Shown piece after piece: positions 17,623-26,855 of a stretch of DNA of 64,000 nt. The number at the start of each line of letters is the position of its first letter. The stretch's first letter is position 1. The position numbers and the translations under genes were made by a program. Source of the stretch: an uncultured Acidobacteriota bacterium (GTDB taxonomy: Bacteria > Acidobacteriota > Vicinamibacteria > Fen-336); contig OY970399.1 in assembly GCA_963720545.1 (NCBI GenBank), positions 2,144,001 through 2,208,000 of the forward strand. The letters are read 5' to 3'. The notes beneath the pieces are model-generated. The model saw nothing but the letters and a program-made list of their open reading frames with translations. It was not told the origin of the DNA and did no database searches.

Positions 17623-18732
17623 ATGCGCATCCTGATGGTGACGCCGCACCTGCCACCGCATCAAGCCGCGAACGCGCTGCTGCCGCACCTCCTGGGCGGC
17701 GAGCTGCGCTCGGCGGGACACGCGGTCAACTTCCTCACCTTCGGCGCGAAGCCGTCCACCGGCGAGATCGCCTACGTGAAGCGGCGCTCGCCGCGCCTGC
17801 GCGCGACGCGCGTGCCGCAGGCGGTCGAAGCTTTCGAGACCTGGCGCAAGGCGCGCGCCTTCATCGACGCGGCCGACGTCGTGCACGTCCACTCCAACAC
17901 CTGGATGAACCAGGTGGCGGCGCGGCTCGCGCGCCGCGCCGGCAAGCGCTACGTGCTGACCCACTACGGCACCGAGATCTGGCACCACGACGGCAAGGAC
18001 CCGCTGTTTCGCCACCTGAACGCCGCTGCGGCGCACGTCGCGTTCTACAGCGCGGCGCTGCTCGAGCGCGGCCGCGAGCTGAACGTGCCGATGCGCGCCG
18101 CCTCCGTCGTCTACCCCCCGGTCGCCGATGTCTTCCGGCCGCCGGATCCTGTGGCCCGAGAGGCCGCGCGGCGTCATTTCCTGCCCGAAGGCGGCACGCT
18201 GCTGGTGAACGTCAAGCGCCTGCACCCGCTCGCCGACCACGAGACGCTGATCGCGGCCATGCCGCGCATCCGCCAGGCGCTGCCCGACGCGGTGCTGCTG
18301 ATCGCCGGTTCCGGCGAGACCGAGCCGGCGCTGCGCGCGCAGGCGGCGCATGCCGGCCTCGACGACTGCGTGCGCTTCCTCGGCCTGGTGCCGAATGACG
18401 AGATCGCGCGGCTGCAGGGCGCCGCCGACCTGTTCGTGCTGTCCTCGGTGCTCGAGGCGACGCCGACGGTGGCGCTCGAGGCGCTGGCCTGCGGCACGCG
18501 CGTCGTTTCCACCGACAACCCCGGCGGCACCGAGCTGCGCGCGATCTTCGGCGACGACGTTGCGGTGGTGCCGCGCCGGCAGAGCGACGCGCTCGCCGAC
18601 GCGGTGGCAACCGCGGTCGCGGCGCGGCGGCGCGCCGCGCCCGGCTCGCTGCGCATCATTGAGGAACGCTTTCGCCTGAGAGGCGTCGCCAGCCGCTACC
18701 TCGAGCTCTACGCCGAGGCGCGCGAAGCGTGA
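17623..18732 (+). CDS. GT4 glycosyltransferase
   Basis: MRILMVTPH; ADLFVLSS..EATPTVALEALACG (EX7E). Confidence 0.9.
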   Translation: MRILMVTPHLPPHQAANALLPHLLGGELRSAGHAVNFLTFGAKPSTGEIAYVKRRSPRLRATRVPQAVEAFETWRKARAFIDAADVVHVHSNTWMNQVAARLARRAGKRYVLTHYGTEIWHHDGKDPLFRHLNAAAAHVAFYSAALLERGRELNVPMRAASVVYPPVADVFRPPDPVAREAARRHFLPEGGTLLVNVKRLHPLADHETLIAAMPRIRQALPDAVLLIAGSGETEPALRAQAAHAGLDDCVRFLGLVPNDEIARLQGAADLFVLSSVLEATPTVALEALACGTRVVSTDNPGGTELRAIFGDDVAVVPRRQSDALADAVATAVAARRRAAPGSLRIIEERFRLRGVASRYLELYAEAREA

Positions 18733-19571
18733 GGACGATCGACGACGGCGCCATCGCCGCGGCCGCCGCGCGCCGCTTTCGCGGCGAGTACGACTACGCC
18801 CAGTGGGAATACCTGCGCAGCGCCAAGGTGATCCGCGCCCTGGAACGCGCCGGCGTCGCGCTTGCGGGGCGGGTGCTCGATGCCGGCTGCGGCAGCGGCG
18901 GCACCGCTCTTTCGCTCGGCGAGGAGGCCGGCTTCTCCGTGGGCCTCGACCTCGACGCGCGCTTTTCCGGCACCGGCACCCGGCTGCGCAGCGAGCGCGG
19001 CATCGAACGCGCCGCGTTCGTCCAGGGCGACGCGCTGATCCTGCCGTTTCGCGAGCAGTCCTTCGACGTGGTCTTCTCGCACTCGGTCATCGAGCATGTC
19101 GCCTCGGCGGAGGAATACCTCGCCGAGTGCCGCCGCGTGCTGCGCCCCGGCGGCTTGCTCTATCTCTCCACCGCGCCGCACCTGTCGTTCGCCGGCGCGC
19201 ACCTGCCGCGGCTGCGCCTGCCGATCCCCATCCACATCGTGCTCGGCCGCGACCGTGCCTTCCGCACCTTCAAGTGGCTCGCCGCCAAGGCGCCGTGGAC
19301 GCTGCGCGAGCCGAAGGAGGCGAACACCTTCATCGCGCTGGCTGCGCAAGGCGGCGAGAAGCACGACGACCTGCTGCAGCACGTGACGCTGCCGCTCTTC
19401 GACAAGTGGCTTGCCGGTTCGGGCCTGACGCTGCTGCGCGCCGACCGCCACCTCACCGGCTTCTTCCGCGCGCTGCCGGACGCGCTGCGCTCCTTGCTGC
19501 TGCGCACCCGCGGCGTGCAGGACGTGATGGTGGGACAGATCGAGTGCGTCCTGAAGAAGCCGCTGCCATGA
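18729..19571 (+). CDS. Class I SAM-dependent methyltransferase
   Basis: VLDAGCGSG, GDA..LPF...SFD, VIEHV, RVLRPGG. Confidence 0.92.
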   Translation: MRTIDDGAIAAAAARRFRGEYDYAQWEYLRSAKVIRALERAGVALAGRVLDAGCGSGGTALSLGEEAGFSVGLDLDARFSGTGTRLRSERGIERAAFVQGDALILPFREQSFDVVFSHSVIEHVASAEEYLAECRRVLRPGGLLYLSTAPHLSFAGAHLPRLRLPIPIHIVLGRDRAFRTFKWLAAKAPWTLREPKEANTFIALAAQGGEKHDDLLQHVTLPLFDKWLAGSGLTLLRADRHLTGFFRALPDALRSLLLRTRGVQDVMVGQIECVLKKPLP

Positions 19572-20779
19572 GCATCTCCGTGCTGATGACAGCCGACATC
19601 CGCTTTCCGCTGGAGCGCGCCAACGGCGTGCAGATCGTGAAGACCGCCGCCGCGCTCGCCGACCTCGGCATCGCGACCGAGCTGCTGGTGCGCCACAGCG
19701 ACCCGCGCGCGACCGCGGAGATCCTCGCGCTCTACGGCGTGCCGGCGGCCACGACCCTGCGCGTCACGCGGGTTGCGGTCGGCCACCGCCGCGGCCGCAC
19801 GCTCTGGCCGCGCCTCAGGTTCCTGTGGCAGGCGCTGCGCCGCGCGCGCACGCACCTCCGGACCGGCGGCGTCGTCTACACGCGCGACCTGCAGCTCGCC
19901 GCAGCACTCGTGCGCTGGCGCCAGCAAGGCAAGGGTGCCCTGGTTTACGAGGCGCACGCGGTCGAGGCGCTCATGTACCAGGAGCGCGCGGCGCTCTACG
20001 GCTCCGCGGAGCGGGTCAGCGCGGGCAAGCTGCGCCGGCTGCAGCGGCGCGAGCACGCCGTGTGGCGCGGCGCCGATGCGTTCGTCGCGACCACCAGCGG
20101 CATCGCCGCGGCGTTCGCCGAAGCCTACGGCCAGCGGCCGCGGGTGGCCGTGATCCCGAACGGCGCGGACCTGTCCGCACACGCGGAACCGCCGCCGCTC
20201 GTGGCCGAGCCGCCGCATCGGGTGCTCTATGCCGGACAGCTCTATCCGTGGAAGGGCGTCGACGTGCTGGTGGAGGCGATGGCGTTCGTGCCCGACGCCA
20301 CACTGGTCGTCATCGGCGGCCTCGAAGGTGAGCGCGATCTCGCCCGCATCCGCGCGCTGGTCGAGGCGCGCGGCCTCACCGGGCGCACCGAGCTGCGGCC
20401 CACCATCCCGCAGGCCGAGGTGCAGGCCGAACTGCTGCGCGCGAGCGTCATCGCCGTGCCGTTCCGCCGCACCGCGATGAGCGAGCGGCACACCTCGCCG
20501 CTCAAGGCGTTCGAGGCGATGGCCGCCGGCCGCCCGCTGGTGACCAGCGACCTGCCGTCGAGCAGGGAGTTCCTCGAGCACGAGAAGAACGCGCTGCTGG
20601 TGCCGCCGGACGATCCGCAGGCGCTCGGCGAAGCGATCCGCAGGCTCGTCGAGCACCCGCTGCTGGCGCGCCGCCTCGCGCGCGCCGCCTTCGACGCGGC
20701 GCCTGCCTTCGCCTGGCCGGCGCGGGCGCGCAAGATCCAGTTCCTGCTGCGCGGCCTCGAAGCGGGTACCGAAGGATGA
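19568..20779 (+). CDS. GT4 glycosyltransferase
   Basis: IPNG, YAGQLYPWKG, SPLKAFEAMAAG. Confidence 0.92.
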   Translation: MSISVLMTADIRFPLERANGVQIVKTAAALADLGIATELLVRHSDPRATAEILALYGVPAATTLRVTRVAVGHRRGRTLWPRLRFLWQALRRARTHLRTGGVVYTRDLQLAAALVRWRQQGKGALVYEAHAVEALMYQERAALYGSAERVSAGKLRRLQRREHAVWRGADAFVATTSGIAAAFAEAYGQRPRVAVIPNGADLSAHAEPPPLVAEPPHRVLYAGQLYPWKGVDVLVEAMAFVPDATLVVIGGLEGERDLARIRALVEARGLTGRTELRPTIPQAEVQAELLRASVIAVPFRRTAMSERHTSPLKAFEAMAAGRPLVTSDLPSSREFLEHEKNALLVPPDDPQALGEAIRRLVEHPLLARRLARAAFDAAPAFAWPARARKIQFLLRGLEAGTEG

Positions 20780-22137
20780 CGCCGCGCAAGCTGCTGGCGC
20801 TCGTGTTCCTGCTGAGCCTGCCGCTCGTGACCACGCGGCTGCGCGGCGCCGACGAGATCGAATACTTCTCCTACCTGCGGTCGATGGCCTTCGACCGCGA
20901 CCTCGAGTTCGGCAACGAGTACGCCCATTTCCACGCGCTCGACCCCGCGGGTCTCGCCGGCTTCAAGGCGACCTTCCTCGACCTGCGCGAGCCGCGCACC
21001 GGCGCCCACATCAACTTCGCGCCGCTCGGTTCGGCGCTGCTGTGGGCGCCTTTCTACGCGCTGGCGCACGCGGGCGTGCTGGTCGCGCGCGCGTTCGGCG
21101 CCGAGGTTCCGGCCGACGGCTTCTCGCGGCCGTACGTGGCCGCCGTCTGCTACGCGTCGGCGTTCTATGCGTTCGCCGGGCTCTTCCTCCTGTTCGAGAC
21201 GCTGCGCCGCCACGGCCACTTCCCGCAGCGCGCGGCGCTGCTCGCGGTCCTCGCCACCTGGGCGGCGAGCCCGCTCCTCTACTACACGACCGTGGCGCCG
21301 GGGTTCGCGCACGCCAATTCGTTCTTCTGCGTGGCGCTCCTCCTCTGCCTGTCGCTGCGCGCATTCTTCATGCGCTCGGCGTCGGTCTTCGACTGGGTGC
21401 TGTGCGGCGCCGCGGCCGGCTTCTGCGCGCTGGTGCGCGAACAGGACGGCCTGTTCCTGGTCCTGCCGCTGCTGCTCCTCGCCCTGATTCTGCGCCGCAG
21501 GGGCGGGCTGGCGCGCGTGGCGGCGGCGGCCGCGGCCATGGTCGCGGCGGCGTTGGTGGTGTTCATTCCGCAGCTCGCGGCCTACCATGCGATCAACGGC
21601 TCGTACGGGCCGTCGCGGCTGGTGGCGCGCAAGATGAGCTTCGGGAGCCCGCACTTTCTCGCCGTGCTCGTCGATCCGGCGCACGGCTTCTTGTGGTGGA
21701 CGCCACTGGCATTGCTCGCGGCCGCGGGGCTCCTGGCGCTCGTCTGGAAGCAGCGCGCCGCCTGGGCGCTGGCGCTCATTGCCGCGTTCTTCGTCCAGGT
21801 CGCAATCAACGGCTCGGTCCTGAGCTGGACGCAGGCGGGCGCGTTCGGCGCGCGCCGCTTCGTCTCCACTTACCCGCTGCTCGCCTTCGGCCTCGCCATG
21901 GCGTTCGCCGAGCTGCTCGCCGGCGGGCGCAGGTTCCTCGCGGCCCTGGTCCTGTCGCTCTTCACCTGGTGGAACATCTCGCTCATGGTCCAGTTCGCGC
22001 TGCGCATCATGGACCGCCAGGGCCTCGCGTGGCCGGCGGTGGCGGTCAACCAGTTCACCGCGGTGCCGCCGCGCCTGGTGCGCACCGCCTGGCTGTTCGT
22101 CACCGATCGCGAGCGGCTGGTGCGCGAGGCACGATGA
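20776..22137 (+). CDS. GT-C-like integral membrane glycosyltransferase, paralog 1
   Basis: ADEIEYFSYLRS..FD.DL.F.NEY, G.ALLW.PF, VREQD, HG..WWTP, GAFGARRF; multiple TM helices. Confidence 0.72.
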   Translation: MTPRKLLALVFLLSLPLVTTRLRGADEIEYFSYLRSMAFDRDLEFGNEYAHFHALDPAGLAGFKATFLDLREPRTGAHINFAPLGSALLWAPFYALAHAGVLVARAFGAEVPADGFSRPYVAAVCYASAFYAFAGLFLLFETLRRHGHFPQRAALLAVLATWAASPLLYYTTVAPGFAHANSFFCVALLLCLSLRAFFMRSASVFDWVLCGAAAGFCALVREQDGLFLVLPLLLLALILRRRGGLARVAAAAAAMVAAALVVFIPQLAAYHAINGSYGPSRLVARKMSFGSPHFLAVLVDPAHGFLWWTPLALLAAAGLLALVWKQRAAWALALIAAFFVQVAINGSVLSWTQAGAFGARRFVSTYPLLAFGLAMAFAELLAGGRRFLAALVLSLFTWWNISLMVQFALRIMDRQGLAWPAVAVNQFTAVPPRLVRTAWLFVTDRERLVREAR

Positions 22138-23339
22138 TTTCCGATGCCTTGCTCGCGATCGCCGCGTGTCCTGTGTGCCTCGAACCCGGGGGTTGCGCTG
22201 CCTGCGCTCGGCCGCCAGGCGATCACCAGGAGCATTGCGCTGCCCAGTACGCAGCGCGGGTGCGCTGCGCCTGCGGCGGTCCCGACAAGGTGCGCCTGGC
22301 CCCGGCGGCAGACGGCTCGGCGCGCCTGCACTGCTCCTGCTGCGGCGCCTTCTACCCGCTCGATCACGACGGCGGCTTTGCCGACCTCGCGCCGCGCACC
22401 GAGGTTGGCGCCGGGTCGCTCTACGAAGACCACGAGTTCCACGAACGCCTCGGCGTCACTGACGCGCCGCCGCTGCTGTCGGCGCGCGTGAAGTTCGACA
22501 TGATGGCGAAGATGCTGCGGCTTGGCACGGGCGACGTGGTCGCCGACCTCGGTTCGGGCGCCGGCAAGTTCTCGCTGTTCGCCGCCGCCCACGGCGCGCG
22601 GCCCACCGGCATCGACCTGGCGCCTTACTTCCTCGATCGCGCGGCGCGCACCGTGGACCTGGTGAAGGGCGACCTGCGGCGCCTGCCGTTTCGCAACGCC
22701 ACCTTCCCCAAGGGCTACACGCTCGACGTCCTCGAGCACCTCGAGGAAGACGGCGTCAGCGACATTCTGGTGGAAGCGCGGCGCGCCCTGCGCCGGGACG
22801 GCGCGCTGTTCGTCTACACGCATGCGATGGAATCGTCGCGCATCGCGTCCTTCCAGCGCGGCGTGAACCGGCTGGCACGGCGGCTCGGCGAGGCCGGCCT
22901 CATCGACCACGAGCGCGAGGCGATGCGCAAGAGCGACCACCGCAACGCCATCCGCTCGCACGAGCATTTCGATGCGCTGTGCGCCGCCGCCGGCCTGCGG
23001 GTCAGCGAGCGCCGTTACTACAACGTGTTCTTCAAGGCGGTCATCGAAGACCTGTTCCTGCGCCTCGTCGAGCAGCGGCGGCGCCGCCGCGCCGGCACCG
23101 CGGCCGCGGCCGGGCATGGGCACGGCCATGGTCATGCTGAGACCGGGCACGCCCACGAGTCTGCGCCACAGCCCGCCGCGCGCCTCGCGGGCGGACCGCC
23201 GCCGTCGCCTTTCGTCATGGCTGTGGCGGCGGCGCTCACCTGGCTGATGAAGCTCGACGTGGTTTTCTTCGCACGAGTGCGCACCGGGCCTTTTTTCGCG
23301 CGCCTCGAGCACCTGCCGGACGCGGCCAAGGGGCAGTGA
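22134..23339 (+). CDS. Class I methyltransferase with Cys-rich Trm112-like N-terminus and His-rich linker
   Basis: ACPVC...CAAC...CAC...CSCC; DLGSGAG; VLEHL; GHGHGHGHAETGHAH. Confidence 0.85.
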   Translation: MISDALLAIAACPVCLEPGGCAACARPPGDHQEHCAAQYAARVRCACGGPDKVRLAPAADGSARLHCSCCGAFYPLDHDGGFADLAPRTEVGAGSLYEDHEFHERLGVTDAPPLLSARVKFDMMAKMLRLGTGDVVADLGSGAGKFSLFAAAHGARPTGIDLAPYFLDRAARTVDLVKGDLRRLPFRNATFPKGYTLDVLEHLEEDGVSDILVEARRALRRDGALFVYTHAMESSRIASFQRGVNRLARRLGEAGLIDHEREAMRKSDHRNAIRSHEHFDALCAAAGLRVSERRYYNVFFKAVIEDLFLRLVEQRRRRRAGTAAAAGHGHGHGHAETGHAHESAPQPAARLAGGPPPSPFVMAVAAALTWLMKLDVVFFARVRTGPFFARLEHLPDAAKGQ

Positions 23340-24469
23340 GGATTCTGTACGTGGCCACCGACCAGCGCGTCCCCGGCACCACCGGTGGCAGCATCCACGT
23401 GTGGGAGGTGGCACGCGGCCTCGCGGCCCGCGGACACGACATGCACGTGGTCATCGACGCGCAAAGCGCGCCCGAGCCGCTGCGCGGCGTCACCTGGCAC
23501 CGCATCTCGTGGTCGCCGCAGCAGCGCTTCTTCCGCTTTCGCGCGCGCGCCGCCGTGGCCGCGATCGCGCGGCAGGCGCAGCCCGATGCGCTCATCGAGC
23601 GCTACTACAACTTTGGCGGGGAGGGCATCCGCGCTGCGAAAGAGCTCGGGATCCCCTCGGTGCTCGAGGTCAATTCGCCGGTCATCGACCATCCCGGCTC
23701 ACTCAAGGGCCTCGTTGACCGGCTGCTCCTGGTGCGGCCAATGCACCGCTACCGCGAGAGCCTGTGCCGCGATGCCGCCGCTCTCCTCACGCCCATCACC
23801 AGCATCGTGCCCGAGGCTGCGCGCGCCAAGGCGCACATCGTCACGTGGGGCGCCGATGTCGAAGGATTCACGCCGGCGCGACGCTCCGAAGCGCTGCGCG
23901 CGGCGTGGGGCGTGCCGCAAGGCGCAACCGTGGTGCTGTTCATGGGCAGCTTCCGGCCATGGCACGGCGTCTCGGTGTTCGAAGCCGCGGCGGCGAGCCT
24001 GGTGGGCCGCACCGATCTCTTCTTCGTGCTCGCCGGCGGTGAAGCAACGGGTCCGGCACGCGGCTTTCGCGGCCGCCGCCTGGGCAAGGTACCGTACGCA
24101 CAGATGCCGGAGGTGGCGGCGTCGGCCGACATCGGCGCGGCGCCCTACGACACCGCGCGCCTCGCGCAGCTGCGGCTCGGCTTTTACTGGTCGCCGCTCA
24201 AGGTCTTCGAATACATGGCGAGCGGCCTGCCGGTGGTGACGATCGGGCGCACGCCGCTTTCGTCGATCGTGCGCGCGGGACAGGAAGCGCTGTTCTTCGC
24301 GGACGGCGATGCCACCAGCTTCGCGAACGCGGTGGTGCGGCTTGCCGACGACGCCGCGCTGCGGCAGCGGCTGGGACGAAGCGCACGCGAGCGGGTGGTG
24401 GCCCACTATTCCTGGGCCGCGCACTGCGCGCAGGTCGAAGGCGTGCTGCGCCAGGTGGCGCGCGCGTGA
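23336..24469 (+). CDS. GT4 glycosyltransferase
   Basis: MRILYV, GSFRPWHG, SPLKVFEYMASG. Confidence 0.92.
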   Translation: MRILYVATDQRVPGTTGGSIHVWEVARGLAARGHDMHVVIDAQSAPEPLRGVTWHRISWSPQQRFFRFRARAAVAAIARQAQPDALIERYYNFGGEGIRAAKELGIPSVLEVNSPVIDHPGSLKGLVDRLLLVRPMHRYRESLCRDAAALLTPITSIVPEAARAKAHIVTWGADVEGFTPARRSEALRAAWGVPQGATVVLFMGSFRPWHGVSVFEAAAASLVGRTDLFFVLAGGEATGPARGFRGRRLGKVPYAQMPEVAASADIGAAPYDTARLAQLRLGFYWSPLKVFEYMASGLPVVTIGRTPLSSIVRAGQEALFFADGDATSFANAVVRLADDAALRQRLGRSARERVVAHYSWAAHCAQVEGVLRQVARA

Positions 24470-25635
24470 GGATCCTGCTGCCGACCGAGGTGTATCCACC
24501 GCGCGCCGGCGGCGCCGGCTGGTCGACGCGCGCTCTGGCGCTCGCGCTGCAAGGCGCCGGCCACGACGTCACCGTGGTGACCACGAGCCCCGGCCCCGTG
24601 AAGGACGGCACCCTCGACGTCACCCGCCTGCCGGCACCCGGGCGCAAGCGCTTCGCGGTGCCGCGCGTCATCCGCGCCGCGGTCGCGGCGCATGAAGGTG
24701 CCGTGATCCACGCGCAGCATTCGCTGTCGGCGCTCGGCGCCTTGTCGGCGGGCGCGCCACAGCGCGTGGCGGTGACGGTGCGCGATCACTGGCCGGTGTG
24801 CTTCTGGTCCACGCGCATCAGCCGCGGCGCGCTCTGCCCGGAGTGCACGCTCGTCAACATGACGAAGTGCGTCGACGGCCACGTGCCGCTGCCGCGGCCA
24901 CTGTCCCTGGCCGCGATCCCCTACATGCGCACCGACCTCGCCGCCAAGCGACGCGCGTTGCTGCAGGCCGGGGCGGTGCTGGCGGTGAGCGAAGCCATCG
25001 CCTCCGAGCTGCGCGGCCTCGGCCTCGCCATCGAGCGCGTCTTCACCCTGCCCAACATCGTGGACGCCGAGGAGACGGCGCGCATTGCACGCGAGGCGCC
25101 GGCGCTGGAGCTGCCGGAGAAATTCCTGCTGTTCATCGGCAAGCTCGAGGAGAACAAGGGCGTGCGCCTGCTGGTGCCGGCGATCGCCGCCTCGGGGACG
25201 CGTCTGCCCCTGGTGGTGCTCGGCGAGGGCTCGCTGCTCGCGGAGATGAAGTTCGCGGCCGAGGCGCGCGGCGTCGAGCTGGTGTCGCGCGGCTGGACGC
25301 ATCGCGACGACGCGCTGCGCGCGCTCGGCCGGGCCAGCGGCCTGGTGTTCCCGTCGCTGTGGCCGGAGCCGTTGTCGCGGGTGCTGCTCGAAGCGCTGTC
25401 GCTCGGCGTGCCGATCGCCGCGATGGACACCGGCGGCACGCGCGAGATCCTCGAGGACGGCAAGAGCGGCCTGATCGTCCCCGACGCCGCGGGCCTGGCG
25501 CAGGCGGTGGCGCGCATCGTCCTCGACCCACGCCTCGCGCTGCGGCTTGCCGAGGGTGCCCGCGACCGTGCGCGGGCGTTTTCGCCCGAGGTGCTGGTGC
25601 CGCGCTACGAAGACGTGTACCGGCGGCTCGTGTGA
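24466..25635 (+). CDS. GT4 glycosyltransferase with Cys cluster
   Basis: RDHWPVC...CPEC...C; FPSLWPEPLSRVLLEA. Confidence 0.9.
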   Translation: MRILLPTEVYPPRAGGAGWSTRALALALQGAGHDVTVVTTSPGPVKDGTLDVTRLPAPGRKRFAVPRVIRAAVAAHEGAVIHAQHSLSALGALSAGAPQRVAVTVRDHWPVCFWSTRISRGALCPECTLVNMTKCVDGHVPLPRPLSLAAIPYMRTDLAAKRRALLQAGAVLAVSEAIASELRGLGLAIERVFTLPNIVDAEETARIAREAPALELPEKFLLFIGKLEENKGVRLLVPAIAASGTRLPLVVLGEGSLLAEMKFAAEARGVELVSRGWTHRDDALRALGRASGLVFPSLWPEPLSRVLLEALSLGVPIAAMDTGGTREILEDGKSGLIVPDAAGLAQAVARIVLDPRLALRLAEGARDRARAFSPEVLVPRYEDVYRRLV

Positions 25636-26855
25636 GGGTCGCGCTCTTGTCGCGGGCGGCACATCCGCTGCATCCGCCCGGCGGCCTGGAGCGCGCTGTC
25701 TACGACCTCGCACTTCACCTGCAGCGGCGCGGCGTCGAGACGGTGCTGTTCACGCGCCCGGCGGCCGATGCCGACGCAGACCTCGCGAGCGGCGAATTCC
25801 CCGGCGAGGTGCGAACGACTCCCTACGGCCCGCGGCGCGGCCAGACCCACGGCCGGGTGTTCGACCGCGTCCTCTACTACCCGCGTTTCTCGTGGCGGCT
25901 CGGCCAGGACGTGGCGCAGCAGGTGCGCGACGGGCGCATCGACATCGTCCACGCGCAGGGACTGACGGCGCTCGGCTACGGCCAGCTGCGCGCCGCCGAT
26001 CAATCGCTGCGCGCGCCGCTCATCATGAACCCGCAGGGCATGGAAGAGCACAAGACCGTCGGCCTGAAGCGCCTCGCGCTGACGCGCGTGCGCCGGCTGT
26101 CGCGGCAGGCGGCGGCGCTCTCCGACCGCGTGATTGCCACCGACACGGCGACCCATGCCGAGGTCCTGCGCCTGCTCGACGTTCCGGACGCCAAGGTGAG
26201 CGTCATCGAAAACGCCGTCGACCTCGAGCGGCTGCGCGCCGTGACCCCGGAAGAGCCGAAGGCGCACGCGAACACGCGCTTCCCGTTCCTGCAAGGCTCG
26301 TTTCCGGTGTTGCTCTCGGTCGGGCGGATCGAGGCGTACAAGGGCTTCGCCGACGTGCTCGGCGCGCTGACGCTGCTCGAGAGCCGCAAGGCGCTGCCGG
26401 CCCGCTGGGCGTGGGTGCTGGTCGGCGAGGGCACCTTCCGCGCCGATCTCACGCGGCTGTTCGGCGCGTCGCAGCACGTGCACGCGGTGGGCCGGGTCAG
26501 CGACGCGGACCTGCACGCCTTGTACGAACGCGCCGACGTCTTCGTCCACGCGACGCGCTACGAAGGCTCCTCGCTCGTGACACTCGAGGCCATGGCGCAT
26601 GGCGCGGCGGTGGTGGCGACGCGCGCCGGTGGCATCCCCGACAAGATCGAGGACGGCACGAACGGCCGGCTCAGCGACGTTGGCGACGTCGCGGGCCTGG
26701 CCGCCGCGATCGAGTCGCTCATCCAGGACGCGGCGCTGCGCGCGGCCCTCGGCGAGGCCGCGCGGCGCACCGTGGCGGCGCGCTTTTCCTGGGACCACGC
26801 GATTGGCAAGACGCTGCGGCTCTACGAGAGCCTGCTCTCCCAGGGTCCGAGGTGA
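25632..26855 (+). CDS. GT4 glycosyltransferase
   Basis: GTGA overlap; PPGGLE, VGRIEAYKG, YEGSSLVTLEAMA. Confidence 0.92.
   Translation: MRVALLSRAAHPLHPPGGLERAVYDLALHLQRRGVETVLFTRPAADADADLASGEFPGEVRTTPYGPRRGQTHGRVFDRVLYYPRFSWRLGQDVAQQVRDGRIDIVHAQGLTALGYGQLRAADQSLRAPLIMNPQGMEEHKTVGLKRLALTRVRRLSRQAAALSDRVIATDTATHAEVLRLLDVPDAKVSVIENAVDLERLRAVTPEEPKAHANTRFPFLQGSFPVLLSVGRIEAYKGFADVLGALTLLESRKALPARWAWVLVGEGTFRADLTRLFGASQHVHAVGRVSDADLHALYERADVFVHATRYEGSSLVTLEAMAHGAAVVATRAGGIPDKIEDGTNGRLSDVGDVAGLAAAIESLIQDAALRAALGEAARRTVAARFSWDHAIGKTLRLYESLLSQGPR

Noticed and set aside
22134..22370. Cys-rich segment as a RiPP precursor or separate ferredoxin
   Set aside because: It is in frame with the methyltransferase domain, and no radical SAM or other maturase is nearby
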